Below, piece after piece: positions 48,070 to 58,179 of a stretch of 64,000 nucleotides of DNA; positions within the stretch are counted from its first letter, which is position 1, and the number at the start of each line of letters is the position of its first letter. The position numbers and the translations under genes were made by a program. This DNA comes from Truepera sp. (lineage in GTDB: Bacteria; Deinococcota; Deinococci; Deinococcales; Trueperaceae). The stretch is from NCBI GenBank assembly GCA_965218435.1, contig CBDCKW010000009.1, positions 1,504,001-1,568,000 of the forward strand, given 5' to 3'. Below the pieces are notes generated by a model. It saw nothing but the letters and a program-made list of their open reading frames with translations, searched no databases and was not told the origin of the DNA.

Positions 48070-48378
48070 ATGGCAGCAACGATTCCAAAACTTCGGCTCA
48101 TCGTAGGTGGGACCTTGATCGAAGGGGCGCAGGTGACGCTCGAGGATTTGCCCCGCGCGGAGCAGGGCGGCGCGGCGGAACTTATGCAGTTTCTGGGCGG
48201 CGCAAAACGCGTCTTTATCTTGCAAAGACCGGTGATCTACGGCGCGGAGCAGGCCAAACCGCGCTATTTAGTCGTTCGGCAAGACCAGATTCAAGCGTGT
48301 GAGTTTATCTTGCCTGAAGTTGCCGAGGCTGAAACCGAAGACCAGATTCGTAATTTTCGCTGGGAGTGGGACGAGTAA
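48070..48378 (+). CDS. Hypothetical protein
   Basis: GAGGGAG RBS before ATG 48070; 102 aa with plausible composition. Confidence 0.6.
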   Translation: MAATIPKLRLIVGGTLIEGAQVTLEDLPRAEQGGAAELMQFLGGAKRVFILQRPVIYGAEQAKPRYLVVRQDQIQACEFILPEVAEAETEDQIRNFRWEWDE

Positions 48379-48615
48379 GGATAGGGCGCGGCCTTAAGCA
48401 CGACTAAGCTGGGCCTTGTTGACGGTTGCTCTGATCACTACGTTTTGAGCGCGTAAGAGACGCTGGCTTCTCAGTCGCCCCAAGTTTCTCAACGCTTCAT
48501 GCTGGCCTTCTTCCACAGGACACACAGCAAACGCCTCCGGCTAAGTTTGAAAGGTCACTGAACGTTGCTGACACCCCGGTTCAGGCTGCAGTTCACTCCG
48601 GTTTGTCTCGTCAGC

Positions 48616-49452
48616 TCACTTGTCCTGCCCGAGCGCGAAGCCCTTGCTAAACTGTTCTTGCAACACGGTAAAAACCAGCACCGGCGGGATAATCGTTAAA
48701 ATCGCCCCGGCCATCACCGCGCCCCAATTGCCCGCCTCGAAGTCAATGAGTTTACTTAGGCCCACCTGAATCACCTGTTTATCGTCGGACTGCATGATCA
48801 CCAGCGGCCACAGATATTGGTCCCAGGCGTAGACGAACTGAATCACAGCGAGCGCCCCAACCGTATTCCAGCTCATCGGAACGAGCACCCTGAACAAAAA
48901 CGTCAGCGGTCCCGAACCATCGATCCGGGCGGCGTCGGCGAGGCTGGAGGGGATGCTCAGGAAGTGTTGCCGGAAGAGCAACACGCCGGTCGCCGAGGCG
49001 AAAAACGGCACGATGATGGCGGCGTAGGAGTCCGACCACCGCAGCGTACCCGACACGAGGTCGAAAAGCGCCACGATGAGGATTTCAGTGGGCAGCGTCA
49101 GGGTAAAGAGCACGGCAGCGAAGAAAAACCCTTTGAGCGGAAAGCGAAAATGCACGAACGCCAGCGCCGCTAACAGCGAGAGCACCGTTTTCCCAACCGT
49201 TACGCTGACGGCGACGATGGTGCTGTTGACCATATAGCGCCCCAACCCTGCACCGACCCAAGCGGCGCGGGCGTTGTCTAAAAAGCTCGAGCCTATACGC
49301 AAGCTCGGGCCGACGACCTGAGCACTCGTCTGCGTGGACTTGAGCAGCGCAAAGATCAGCGGCGAGGCGACGATCAGCACCGCCGTAAGCAAAATAACGT
49401 GCGTCCAAAACCCGCCGCGTTCCCGCCCGGTTGCGTGACGTTTAAGCGCCAT
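48616..49452 (-). CDS. Carbohydrate ABC permease, UgpE-like (glycerol-3-phosphate type)
   Basis: GKTVLSLLAA.AFVHFRFP, ASATGVLLFRQHF, LADAARIDG, WDQYLWPL. Confidence 0.88.
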   Translation of the reverse strand: MALKRHATGRERGGFWTHVILLTAVLIVASPLIFALLKSTQTSAQVVGPSLRIGSSFLDNARAAWVGAGLGRYMVNSTIVAVSVTVGKTVLSLLAALAFVHFRFPLKGFFFAAVLFTLTLPTEILIVALFDLVSGTLRWSDSYAAIIVPFFASATGVLLFRQHFLSIPSSLADAARIDGSGPLTFLFRVLVPMSWNTVGALAVIQFVYAWDQYLWPLVIMQSDDKQVIQVGLSKLIDFEAGNWGAVMAGAILTIIPPVLVFTVLQEQFSKGFALGQDK

Positions 49453-50416
49453 AATGAACCCGCCGGTTGCCGTACCGAAACTGCAAGCTGACCAGACAGA
49501 TAACCAGTAGGAGCAGCATCACGGCTTGGGTGGCCGCCGCCCCGATATTAAAGTTGCGAAAGCCGTCTTGATAAAGCTGATAGATGAGCAGGGTCGTAAT
49601 CCCCGTTTGCCCGTAGACCGGGCCACCTTTGGTCAAGATGTCAATGAGGCCAAAACTATCAAACAGCGCGGCGATGATATTGGTAAAGACCAAAAAAAAC
49701 GTCATCGGGGACAAGAGCGGCAGGGCGACCCTCGAGAAACTCTGCCAACGCGTCGCGCCGTCAATCTCGGCGGCTTCTAACACTTCGGTCGGCAGGTTCT
49801 GAATCGCGGCCAGATAAAAGACGATGTTGTAACCCAACCCTTTCCAAACGGTTGCCGCTACGACCAGCGCAAACGCTAACAAAGGCTGATCGAGCCAGCG
49901 CGGACGGATACCGAACGTTCCCAGGATATTATTAACGGTGCCGATTTCAGGGTTGAACAAAAAGAGCCACAACGTCCCTGCAACCGCGGGCGATAAGGCG
50001 TAAGGATAGATCAGCAGTAGCCGGTAAAACCGGGCTCCGGGAATCGGTTTGCTGGCGAGCCACGCCAGTCCCAGCGAGAAGATAAGGCCGAGGGTCACGA
50101 CCAGCCCTAAAAATATGAGCGTTTGGACAATGACTTGATGGTACACGGGGCTCGAGAGCAGCGCCCCAAAGTTGGCTAAGCCGACAAACTGTTCGTTGCC
50201 GATCATGATGTTCGCCCGGAACACGCTTAGGCGCAGCGTCCTGACCGCCGGGTAATACGAAAACACGGCAAAAACCAGCAGCGTGGGAAGGAGCAAAAGC
50301 CAAGGTAGCCAGCGGCTCCGAAAGGTGGCGTGTTCTTCGGTCGGTTTAGCCTGACTCACAGCTGCCTGCTGGTGACCGGTTTGGGTCGGTTTTGCGGTCC
50401 GCCTGATAACGCTCAA
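49442..50416 (-). CDS. Carbohydrate ABC permease, UgpA-like
   Basis: YPYALSPAVAG.LW.FLFNP, WK.LGYN..FYLAA.Q, EAAEIDGA, FDSFGLID. Confidence 0.88.
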   Translation of the reverse strand: MSVIRRTAKPTQTGHQQAAVSQAKPTEEHATFRSRWLPWLLLLPTLLVFAVFSYYPAVRTLRLSVFRANIMIGNEQFVGLANFGALLSSPVYHQVIVQTLIFLGLVVTLGLIFSLGLAWLASKPIPGARFYRLLLIYPYALSPAVAGTLWLFLFNPEIGTVNNILGTFGIRPRWLDQPLLAFALVVAATVWKGLGYNIVFYLAAIQNLPTEVLEAAEIDGATRWQSFSRVALPLLSPMTFFLVFTNIIAALFDSFGLIDILTKGGPVYGQTGITTLLIYQLYQDGFRNFNIGAAATQAVMLLLLVICLVSLQFRYGNRRVHYGA

Positions 50417-50443
50417 GATAAACTCCCGACAGGATAAAGAAGT

Positions 50444-50473
50444 GGGGAACCTCGAGCGTACTCGAGGTTCCCC
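50444..50473 (-). terminator. Intercistronic 13-bp stem-loop after the SBP gene (partial terminator or mRNA stabiliser)
   Basis: GGGGAACCTCGAG-CGTA-CTCGAGGTTCCCC, followed on the minus strand by ACTTCTTTAT. Confidence 0.7.
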
Positions 50474-50496
50474 CTAGCTATAGTCATTTGGTCACG

Positions 50497-51789
50497 TCAC
50501 TGAAAGTTTTGATTGTATTCGGTAAGCGCCTGGTCAACTTGCTCGTTGGCAGTTTGGGCGACCGCAGCCACGTCCTGACCACTCAGCACTTTTTGGATAT
50601 TCTGCTCGATCACGGCCCGCATCTGAACGTTGGCCCCGGTCAGCGGTCCGGCGTTGGCGATGTCCGGTTTGGTATCCAAAAGCTGATTAAACGCCACGAC
50701 TTGCAGCGGGTTGCCCTTAAACCAACCCTGCTTGCGCAACAGATCAACGCTGCTTTGACGTACCGGATAGTAGCCGGTAACTTTGTGCCAGCTCGCCATA
50801 TTCTCGGTGTTGGTTAAAAAGAGGGCGAAGCCCAGCGCCGCTTCGGCCTCGGGTTGCGGAATCCCTTTGGCTACCCAAATGCTCGCGCCGCCGATACTGA
50901 CGCCGTTACGCGGTGCGCCGTCGGGGATCGGAAACACGCCGACGCCCATCTCAAAACCGTTTTCTTTGGCCGCCCCCAGCAAATTGCCCAGACCCGCCGT
51001 GCTGTTAATCGTCATGAGCGCCTTTTGGTCGCTAAAGATGGCGTTCGTCCCCACCGTATCGGACAGTTTGCCGGTGTTGGTCAAGTAGCCTTTGTCCTGC
51101 AAATCTTTGTAGAACTGGAAGATATTGCGGCCCGCTTTGCTATTCACATTGCTGGCGGTCGCGCGACCCTCGCGGCCGTTGCCGTTATTAAGGACCTGCG
51201 CGTTTTGCTCGCTCATCCACTCTTCAAAGAGCCAGCTGTACGGCGTCAGCGCCACGCACTTCACGCCGAGCTTGGCCGCGTCAAAAGTAGCACAGGTGTC
51301 CATGATCTCGCTGAAGGTGGTCGGCGGCTTCGCAGGGTCGAGGCCGGCTTGGGTCATTAAGTCTTTGTTAAAGTACAAGACCGGGCTGCTGCTGTTAAAG
51401 GGGATGCTGTTGACCTTGCCGTCAACCGTGTAGTAGCTGATCACCGGTTTGATGTAATCGCTGAAATCTACATTTTTGATGTCGTCAACCGGTTGAAAAA
51501 TTCCGCTGTCGAGGGCCAACTGACTGCTGGTCCCGTCTACTTGCACGAGTGCCGGGGCTTGGCCTTGACGCGCGGCCAGCACCGTTGCCTGCAACGTCTC
51601 ATCGGAAATTCCTTTGTAAACGGTAACAACCTTGACGTCAGGGTGCGCTTTGTTATACGCGTCGGCCCTAGCTTGAATCCAGTCAAAACGGAGTTCGTCA
51701 CCGAAGGTGTGCCAGAACTTTACGGTTGTACTTTGCGCCGACGCAACAAAGGTCAGGGCGAGTAACAAAACAATCCAGTATCTTTTCAT
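50497..51789 (-). CDS. ABC substrate-binding protein, UgpB-like
   Basis: AGGAG RBS; signal peptide ending ASAQ; FWH, PFNSSSPVLYFNKD, GGASIWV, WHKVTGYYP. Confidence 0.9.
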   Translation of the reverse strand: MKRYWIVLLLALTFVASAQSTTVKFWHTFGDELRFDWIQARADAYNKAHPDVKVVTVYKGISDETLQATVLAARQGQAPALVQVDGTSSQLALDSGIFQPVDDIKNVDFSDYIKPVISYYTVDGKVNSIPFNSSSPVLYFNKDLMTQAGLDPAKPPTTFSEIMDTCATFDAAKLGVKCVALTPYSWLFEEWMSEQNAQVLNNGNGREGRATASNVNSKAGRNIFQFYKDLQDKGYLTNTGKLSDTVGTNAIFSDQKALMTINSTAGLGNLLGAAKENGFEMGVGVFPIPDGAPRNGVSIGGASIWVAKGIPQPEAEAALGFALFLTNTENMASWHKVTGYYPVRQSSVDLLRKQGWFKGNPLQVVAFNQLLDTKPDIANAGPLTGANVQMRAVIEQNIQKVLSGQDVAAVAQTANEQVDQALTEYNQNFQ

Positions 51790-52143
51790 GGGTGCTCCTC
51801 TTTTTCAAGAAAGGTAAAGCTCAGGGTTATGACCTCGAGCCGAGTTGCGTAACTGAGGTGGATCAGTAGACACGGCGGCGTAACCGACCTCTAAATAATC
51901 GCCTGTTCTTTAGCTTTAGCACCGTATCCTTGGTTGCGTTTTCCAGTACTTACGAACCTTAGTGAAAGCAGCTTTGAATAGAACTGTAGGCGTCATAACG
52001 AAGCCTTAAAGCTCACTGAGCCACTTTTGAGGTGTGCTTTTTAGGTCGCGGCTTGCAAGAGGACAGCTCGAGTTCAAAACGTTGTTCCTAAAAAAAGTTC
52101 CGGGCTTCTGGGCTGACCGACCCCTTGCGGGAATGGGGTTGCC

Positions 52144-53007
52144 CTACAGCTTAAAAAGGACTTTTAAGCCTTCTTTTAGCGGGGCAGGCTTTCGCCCCAG
52201 CGAAGCCGCTAAGTCAGAGGTCACTGCTGCTTCTTGCCCGTTTTTGATGTCGGTGGTAAACCCTATCGTTTTTTGAACGGCAGTCTCCGGTACGCCACGT
52301 TTTTTCATCTACGCCGCGAACGTCGCTTCGTCAACCGGTGTGTAGCTCACCTCTTTGCCTGACAACTCGGTTAGCGCGTCCGCCACGTCGTAAAAAGACC
52401 ACGCGTCGCTGCCCGTAAGTTTGTAAACCTTGTTCTCACTGTCACTTTCTAACAAGGCGTTGGCGATGGCCTCACCCTGTTCGCTGCGGAGGGCGTAGGC
52501 GACCTTGCCGTCACCGGCGGGTACACTGATGCCAGCAGCAAAGACCCGCTCGCCCCCGACAAACTGCGGGACGGTGTCCAGATAGAGAGCATTACGAAAC
52601 AGGGCGTAGGTCAACCCGCTGTCTTTGAGGTAAGCCTCGGTTTGAAAATGTTCTTTCATCAAACCGTTTGCGAGGGTGTCTGCATTTTTCAAGTTTCGGC
52701 TCGTATAAGCCAGCGACTGAACGCCCACCCTTTTGGCGGCGTCTATAACGTTGTGGTGTTGCTGCGTCCGGTTGCCTTCGTCCGTGCTCGAGATGAGCAG
52801 CACCTTGTTAACGCCCTGCACCGCGGTGTCAAGGGACGCGGTATCGTCGTAATTACCTACGCGGATGTCTATTCCTTTTTCTTTTAGGTCGGCAGCTTTG
52901 CCCGCATCACGAACAAAGGCGGCAATTTGAGTAGCCGACGTCTTTTTTAGTAGCTGCTGGATGACTGCCGTCCCTAACTGTCCGGTTGCGCCTGTGACTA
53001 AAATCAT
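52144..53007 (-). pseudogene. NmrA-like NAD(P)H-binding oxidoreductase (QorB/YtfG-like) interrupted by one in-frame TAG at 52309-52311
   Basis: MILVTGATGQLG...; the frame continues past the TAG as MKKRGVPETAVQKTIGFTTDIKNG...SDLAASLGRKPAPLKEGLKVLFKL to a stop at 52144, restoring about 287 aa. Confidence 0.8.
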
Positions 53008-53067
53008 AATTTTCTCTTTTCGTTTAGGTGGACTCGAATCTGCCGGCAAACATTCAAGCCTCGGTGG

Positions 53068-53946
53068 TCACGCACCGAACGTAGCAGCGAATTCCTCGGC
53101 AAAATCTTCTACTTTAACCTCGCCCATAACAGGCTTGTGCAGCTCGTAATCTTCCCCCATCGCCCCGCTGTGGATGCTGGCATTTAAGTCAACGATGAGG
53201 CTTACCACATGCTCCGGCAGCTCGCTCTGCTCGAGACCGGCCCTAGCCTCGTCGTCGCTAATGCGTTTCCACTGCAAGTCCGGTTTGCCGATAGCCTCAC
53301 CTAGAACCTGAGCAGTTTCGCTGGCGGTACGCTCATCGCTGGCGACGTAGCGCACAGCTTGACCGCTGGGTGTTTCCAGCTCTTCGGCGGCGGCGGCGGC
53401 AATATCTCTCGGGTGAACCCAGACAACTTTGTCGTCACCCCCATAGTTCGAGCTGATCATGCCTTGCCCTTTGATCTGCCCGATAAAGCCGTACAGGTTA
53501 GGGTAAAAAGACCCTGCACGCAAATGTGTAACGGCGACCTCTGAAAGCTCGTTCAGAACCTCCTCTACCTCGTGAGAGCCGAGGATAACGCCTGTACCCT
53601 CATCTCGGTGTGCGCCCCAACTACTCTGATGGACGAGGCGCTTGACGCCCGTCTGCTTGGCAGCTTGGGCGTAATTTTGCCCCGTTTTTCGGTAGTAGGC
53701 GATAACGTCGGGAACCTCGAAGTTGGGTGGTACCAGCGCATAGACAGCGTCGGCACCCTTAAAGGTAGACACTAAAAAATCGACATTTTCCAGCGAGCCG
53801 ATAGCAGCATGTGCGCCTAAAGCCTCGATGTCTTGTTGCCGTTCCGGGCTGTGACTGATGACTGTAACCGTATGCCCCTTGTGGATGAGCGTTTTCGTCA
53901 AGGGCTTGCCGACGTTTCCTAATGAACCTGCCACTATCATCTTCAT
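53068..53946 (-). CDS. NmrA family NAD(P)-binding protein
   Basis: IVAGSLGNVG, GADAVY.LVPP, SSWGA, VHPRDIA; AAGGAG RBS before ATG 53946. Confidence 0.88.
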   Translation of the reverse strand: MKMIVAGSLGNVGKPLTKTLIHKGHTVTVISHSPERQQDIEALGAHAAIGSLENVDFLVSTFKGADAVYALVPPNFEVPDVIAYYRKTGQNYAQAAKQTGVKRLVHQSSWGAHRDEGTGVILGSHEVEEVLNELSEVAVTHLRAGSFYPNLYGFIGQIKGQGMISSNYGGDDKVVWVHPRDIAAAAAEELETPSGQAVRYVASDERTASETAQVLGEAIGKPDLQWKRISDDEARAGLEQSELPEHVVSLIVDLNASIHSGAMGEDYELHKPVMGEVKVEDFAEEFAATFGA

Positions 53947-54039
53947 ATCCAGCTCCTTGGTGGACACCACTTGTCATTCAGGGAAGATACGTCTCTCGAG
54001 AAATTCAAGACGCATTGACATCATTTTGAACGCCGACAC

Positions 54040-54753
54040 CTACCAAGCAACCGTGCCGTGACGGTCTGTATACGTACCCGTAGGACCAGCGGCCCCTAAG
54101 GTGGCGAGCCTGACGATAGCGTCGGTGCCCTCGGTCACGGTCTGAGGCCCGCTGTTACCGTTGAACTCAGTGCTGGTGTAACCGGGGTCGGCAGCGTTGA
54201 CCTTTATGTTTGGGAGCAACTTGGCGTACTCGGTTGTCAGCATCGTCACCGCCGCCTTGGAAGCGGAGTAAAGCGGCGCTCCCACCTTCGACTCGATCCG
54301 AGACGCGTCTTGGGTCACGGCAAATGAACCCATTCCGCTCGAGACGTTAACGATAACCGGCGCGTCTGAGTGCCGCAAGAGCGGTAAGAACGCGTGGGTG
54401 ACGCGGACGATACCGATGACATTGGTGCCGAAGACCTGGCTAGCGTCTGCAGCAGTAAGGTCGGCAACTTCTTGATGGGGTCCAGCGATACCGGCATTGT
54501 TGATTAACACGTCGAGGCGACCCGCGAGCCGTTTTAACTCTGCCGCAGCAGCGGCAACCGACGCCTCGTCGGTCACATCGAGTTGCACAAATGCGACGCC
54601 GAGCTCAGCCGCCGCCGCTTGTCCCCGCTCTACATCACGAGTGCCGATATAGACGGTCTGCCCCGCCTCTTTAAGTCGGCGGGCGGTTTCAAAACCGAGA
54701 CCTTTGTTCGCACCGGTGATAAGGGTGATGGTTTCGTTTGCTGATTCTGACAT
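54040..54753 (-). CDS. Short-chain dehydrogenase/reductase (carbonyl reductase-like)
   Basis: TGANKGLG, LINNAG, NVSSGMG, YSASK, DPGYTST. Confidence 0.92.
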   Translation of the reverse strand: MSESANETITLITGANKGLGFETARRLKEAGQTVYIGTRDVERGQAAAAELGVAFVQLDVTDEASVAAAAAELKRLAGRLDVLINNAGIAGPHQEVADLTAADASQVFGTNVIGIVRVTHAFLPLLRHSDAPVIVNVSSGMGSFAVTQDASRIESKVGAPLYSASKAAVTMLTTEYAKLLPNIKVNAADPGYTSTEFNGNSGPQTVTEGTDAIVRLATLGAAGPTGTYTDRHGTVAW

Positions 54754-54816
54754 AGTTATCCTTTCCGTCTTCTCTCAATTAACCATTTTGAGCTAACGAA
54801 GGAAACATTATCACAG

Positions 54817-54865
54817 TATCAACGATAGTGCAACTGCTGATATACAGTTTGTGTTATCGTTGTTA
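54817..54865. promoter_or_regulatory. Candidate TetR operators and leaderless promoter in the divergent SDR/TetR spacer
   Basis: TATCAACGATA (54817-54827) and a near reverse-complement TATCGTTGTTA (54855-54865); the latter contains TG-n-TATCGT 7 nt before ATG 54868. Confidence 0.55.
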
Positions 54866-54867
54866 AT

Positions 54868-55590
54868 ATGACCTCGGTAGTTGAAACAACAAATACAAAG
54901 GACAAGATCGTCCGTGCAGCCGCCGAGCTCTTAGCTAAAGGCGGCAGGGAAGCCGTATCTACTAGGGCGGTCGCAGCAGCAGCCGGGGTCCAGGCTCCAA
55001 CCATCTATCGCCATTTCGGAGACATGCAGGACCTGTTAGACGCAGTAGCGATCTACGGGTTTGAGACCTATCTGCAGGAGAAGAGCTCGCTAGCACAAAC
55101 TAAAGACCCCGTTGAGGAGTTACGCCGGGGCTGGAATCTTCACGTCGCCTTCGGCCTCGCCAATCCGGGGTTTTACACGCTGATGTACGGCGACCCTCGC
55201 CCCGACGCCGAGCACAAGGCGGCGTCTCAGGGCTTTAGCGCCTTGTACGCGCTTGTAGCGCGCATCGCCGAGGCGGGCCGCTTACGGGTCAGTGTCGAGC
55301 GGGCCGCACAGATGCTTCACGCCGCGGCGTGTGGCGTAACCTTGACGCTGCTCGAGCTTAAACCCGAAGCGCGTGACCTCAGCTTGTCGGCGCAGAGCCG
55401 TGAAGTGGTGCTTGACGCCGTGACGTTACCCTTAGCTGCTGCAACCTCCGCAGACGCGAACGGACAAAATAGTGTGATAAGCCACGCCGTCGCGCTTAAA
55501 GCACTGTTGCCTAAGACAACAAAGCTGACTTCAAACGAGCGGGCGCTGCTTTCAGAATGGCTCGGCAGGCTCAGCCAGCCCGAGGCGTAA
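54868..55590 (+). CDS. TetR/AcrR family transcriptional regulator
   Basis: IVRAAAELL..GG...VSTRAVAAAAGVQAPTIYRHFGD. Confidence 0.93.
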   Translation: MTSVVETTNTKDKIVRAAAELLAKGGREAVSTRAVAAAAGVQAPTIYRHFGDMQDLLDAVAIYGFETYLQEKSSLAQTKDPVEELRRGWNLHVAFGLANPGFYTLMYGDPRPDAEHKAASQGFSALYALVARIAEAGRLRVSVERAAQMLHAAACGVTLTLLELKPEARDLSLSAQSREVVLDAVTLPLAAATSADANGQNSVISHAVALKALLPKTTKLTSNERALLSEWLGRLSQPEA

Positions 55591-55755
55591 GCGTGACCTC
55601 TCGTGGCTACTTTTCAGTACGCGTTGGGTTTGCCTCAACCTAGCGCCATAAATACCAGGTTCGGTTGACATAAGCTTAGCAAGAGTTGTTGGCCGCGCAG
55701 CGTACAAAAGAAGTGGGAATGAAGCAGCGAGGCATAGGAAAGTGGCAGCTAGACG

Positions 55756-56016
55756 ATGAAACCCGCGTCTCTCACGTACTTAGAGCATGATAACAAGAGC
55801 GAACGTCAACCCAACCTAGACTACCGTGCTCCGGGGCAGGCAAAAACGTCTCCCCAAACGTTCTACCTCTACGATCGTCGAGAGATCACGGTGACGTTTA
55901 ACACGCGTCTAAGTTTGCTCGAGACCCGTATCGTCTACCTTACGCCCGAGACTCGGCCTATCGTGAGCAGTTTTCTTAGCGGAGTGTTAGAAGACATTGC
56001 GGAAATCTTAAAGTAG
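55756..56016 (+). CDS. Hypothetical protein
   Basis: 86-aa ATG ORF filling the gap before a convergent gene; no family recognised. Confidence 0.35.
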   Translation: MKPASLTYLEHDNKSERQPNLDYRAPGQAKTSPQTFYLYDRREITVTFNTRLSLLETRIVYLTPETRPIVSSFLSGVLEDIAEILK

Positions 56017-56080
56017 GTCTGGCCGTTTGCCGACTGCGCAGGGAGCAGGTAGTGCGCCTCAGCGTAAGGGCGAGCCTCGG

Positions 56081-57979
56081 CTACCCGCTGCGAATGCCCG
56101 CGGCGAGCTTACGAGCAAGTAGCGCGTGCGTCGCTTCGGCGTTTGCGGGTTGACCGAACAGATAGCCTTGGCCGTACTCGCAGCCTAAAGTGCGCAGCTC
56201 TAGTAGCTGCGCGTCGGTTTCGATCCCTTCGGCAACGACGCGCATCCCAAATTCACGCGCGAGCAGCGAGACGCCCCGGACGAGGCTCCGCGCCTTGTCA
56301 CCGTCTTTGTTACTGCCTTTACTACTGTCTTTGTCACCTTTGTCTTTGTCACCTTCGCCGATACCCGCGACAAAACTGCGGTCGAGCTTGAGGCTGCCCG
56401 CCGGAAACCGCTGCAGATAGCTGAGCGACGCGTAGCCGGTCCCGAAATCGTCTAAGCAGAGCCCGACGCCCAGGGCTTCCAGCTGCGCGACGGCCTTGTC
56501 AACCAAGGCGACCGGCCGCATCGCCAGACGTTCGGTAATCTCTAAGTTGAGGTGCTGCGCCCCGAGCTCCGTTTGCACCAAGGTACGCTCAACCACGTTT
56601 CTAAGATCGCTACGCATAAACTGCTGGCTCGACAGGTTGACGTTGACGCTCAGCTGAGACCCGGAAAACTCCGAAGCAGCGTGCCACCGGCTCAGCTGCT
56701 CGCACGCACGGCGCAAAACGTAGCGGTCGAGCTCGATAATCAGTCCCGTCTCTTCGGCCAGCGGAACGAAGGCGTCGGGGCTCAGCAGGCCGCGCGGGTG
56801 CGGCCACCGGACGAGCGCCTCAAAACCGGTTAAGGTTTCGTCACTGAGCCGGACGATCGGCTGAAAATACACCTCGAGCACGTTTTGCTCTAAGGCGACG
56901 CGCAAGTCGGTCTCGAGCTCGAGCCGCTGCACGGCTTCTACGCGCATCGCGGGGCTAAACACCTGGGCGCGGCCGGCGTGGTGGGGTTTAGCATGATACA
57001 TCGCTAGGTCGGCGTCGCGGAGCAGGTCTTGCGGCCGCTCGTGGGTTTGCTCGGAAAAAACCAAGCCGACGCTGCCGCTCAGCGTAAAGGTGTGCTCCTG
57101 AATCGTAAAGGGGCGCGCGAGCGCCGCGCGCAGCCGCCAGACGACCTCGGCGGCGCAGGCTGCGTCACAGTGCTCGAGCAAGACGGTAAACTCGTCGCCA
57201 CCGAAACGGGCGACCGTATCACCTTCACGCATACAGGTCAGGAGACGTTCACCGACAGCGACGAGGAGCGCGTCGCCGACCGGATGGCCGAGCGAATCGT
57301 TGATCACTTTGAAGTGGTCGAGGTCAATAAACAGCACAGCGAACCCATGATCCGGGTTGTTCTGATAACGTGCGAGCGCGTGCTGTAAGCGGTCGTTAAA
57401 TAAGAGCCGGTTAGGTAGCCCGGTGAGCGCGTCGTGGAGCGCGTCATGCTCGAGCCGGACGTTCAGCGCCTCGAGTTCGGCGGTGCGTTCTTTGACCCGC
57501 CGCTCGAGCTGTGCGCGCACCTCTTGTAACGCCTGCTCAGCGCGTTTACGGTCGGTAATGTCGTCGGCAACGTAGAGAAAGCGCCCCCGCCCCCCGATCA
57601 GACCGACGTAATTGACCGTCACCTTAAGCCAGCCCTTATCGCCGTGCTCATAATCGAAACGGACCGGCCCGTCCGAGGTGACGCTTTTGCGGTAGGCCCC
57701 GAGCCACATCGTAAGAAACGTCTCCGGCACGCCCATAGCCCGCGCCGTTCTGCCCTGCATCGCCGCTGTGGTCATGCCGAAAAAGGCCGCCGATGCCTGA
57801 TTGTCAGAGACGTGAACGATGTCGTCGCCGCTAAGCTCAACCGTGCCCATCATGACCGACGCACTGTCATAAAACCGGCTCAAAACTTCGTCAGCTTCGG
57901 TTGAAGAACCGTATAGACGCCGGTTACGTCTAATGCTCGCCTTTAGGGGACTTCGGCGCTTACGCACGGCTGCTCGCAT
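56081..57979 (-). CDS. PAS-GGDEF-EAL diguanylate cyclase/phosphodiesterase
   Basis: DITDRK, DALTGLPNR, REGD I-site, GGDEF, FEALVRW, DDFGTGY, LKLDRSFV, VAEGIET, QGYLF. Confidence 0.95.
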   Translation of the reverse strand: MRAAVRKRRSPLKASIRRNRRLYGSSTEADEVLSRFYDSASVMMGTVELSGDDIVHVSDNQASAAFFGMTTAAMQGRTARAMGVPETFLTMWLGAYRKSVTSDGPVRFDYEHGDKGWLKVTVNYVGLIGGRGRFLYVADDITDRKRAEQALQEVRAQLERRVKERTAELEALNVRLEHDALHDALTGLPNRLLFNDRLQHALARYQNNPDHGFAVLFIDLDHFKVINDSLGHPVGDALLVAVGERLLTCMREGDTVARFGGDEFTVLLEHCDAACAAEVVWRLRAALARPFTIQEHTFTLSGSVGLVFSEQTHERPQDLLRDADLAMYHAKPHHAGRAQVFSPAMRVEAVQRLELETDLRVALEQNVLEVYFQPIVRLSDETLTGFEALVRWPHPRGLLSPDAFVPLAEETGLIIELDRYVLRRACEQLSRWHAASEFSGSQLSVNVNLSSQQFMRSDLRNVVERTLVQTELGAQHLNLEITERLAMRPVALVDKAVAQLEALGVGLCLDDFGTGYASLSYLQRFPAGSLKLDRSFVAGIGEGDKDKGDKDSSKGSNKDGDKARSLVRGVSLLAREFGMRVVAEGIETDAQLLELRTLGCEYGQGYLFGQPANAEATHALLARKLAAGIRSG

Positions 57980-58179
57980 CTACCTTTAGGTTACTTGAGC
58001 ACTCAGATAGATATTAGTCGCAGTCATACAAAGGGTATGAGAGTTTTAGTGACATTCAGCACTACGCTGGTTGACCTCCGCTTTTGCCGCTATGGTCTGC
58101 GGACGTAAAACAAGCTGTTTTTGAGCCGACCGACGCCCATGACCGACTTTCGCGTTCCGACTTATGCAGGCCAAGCCAG

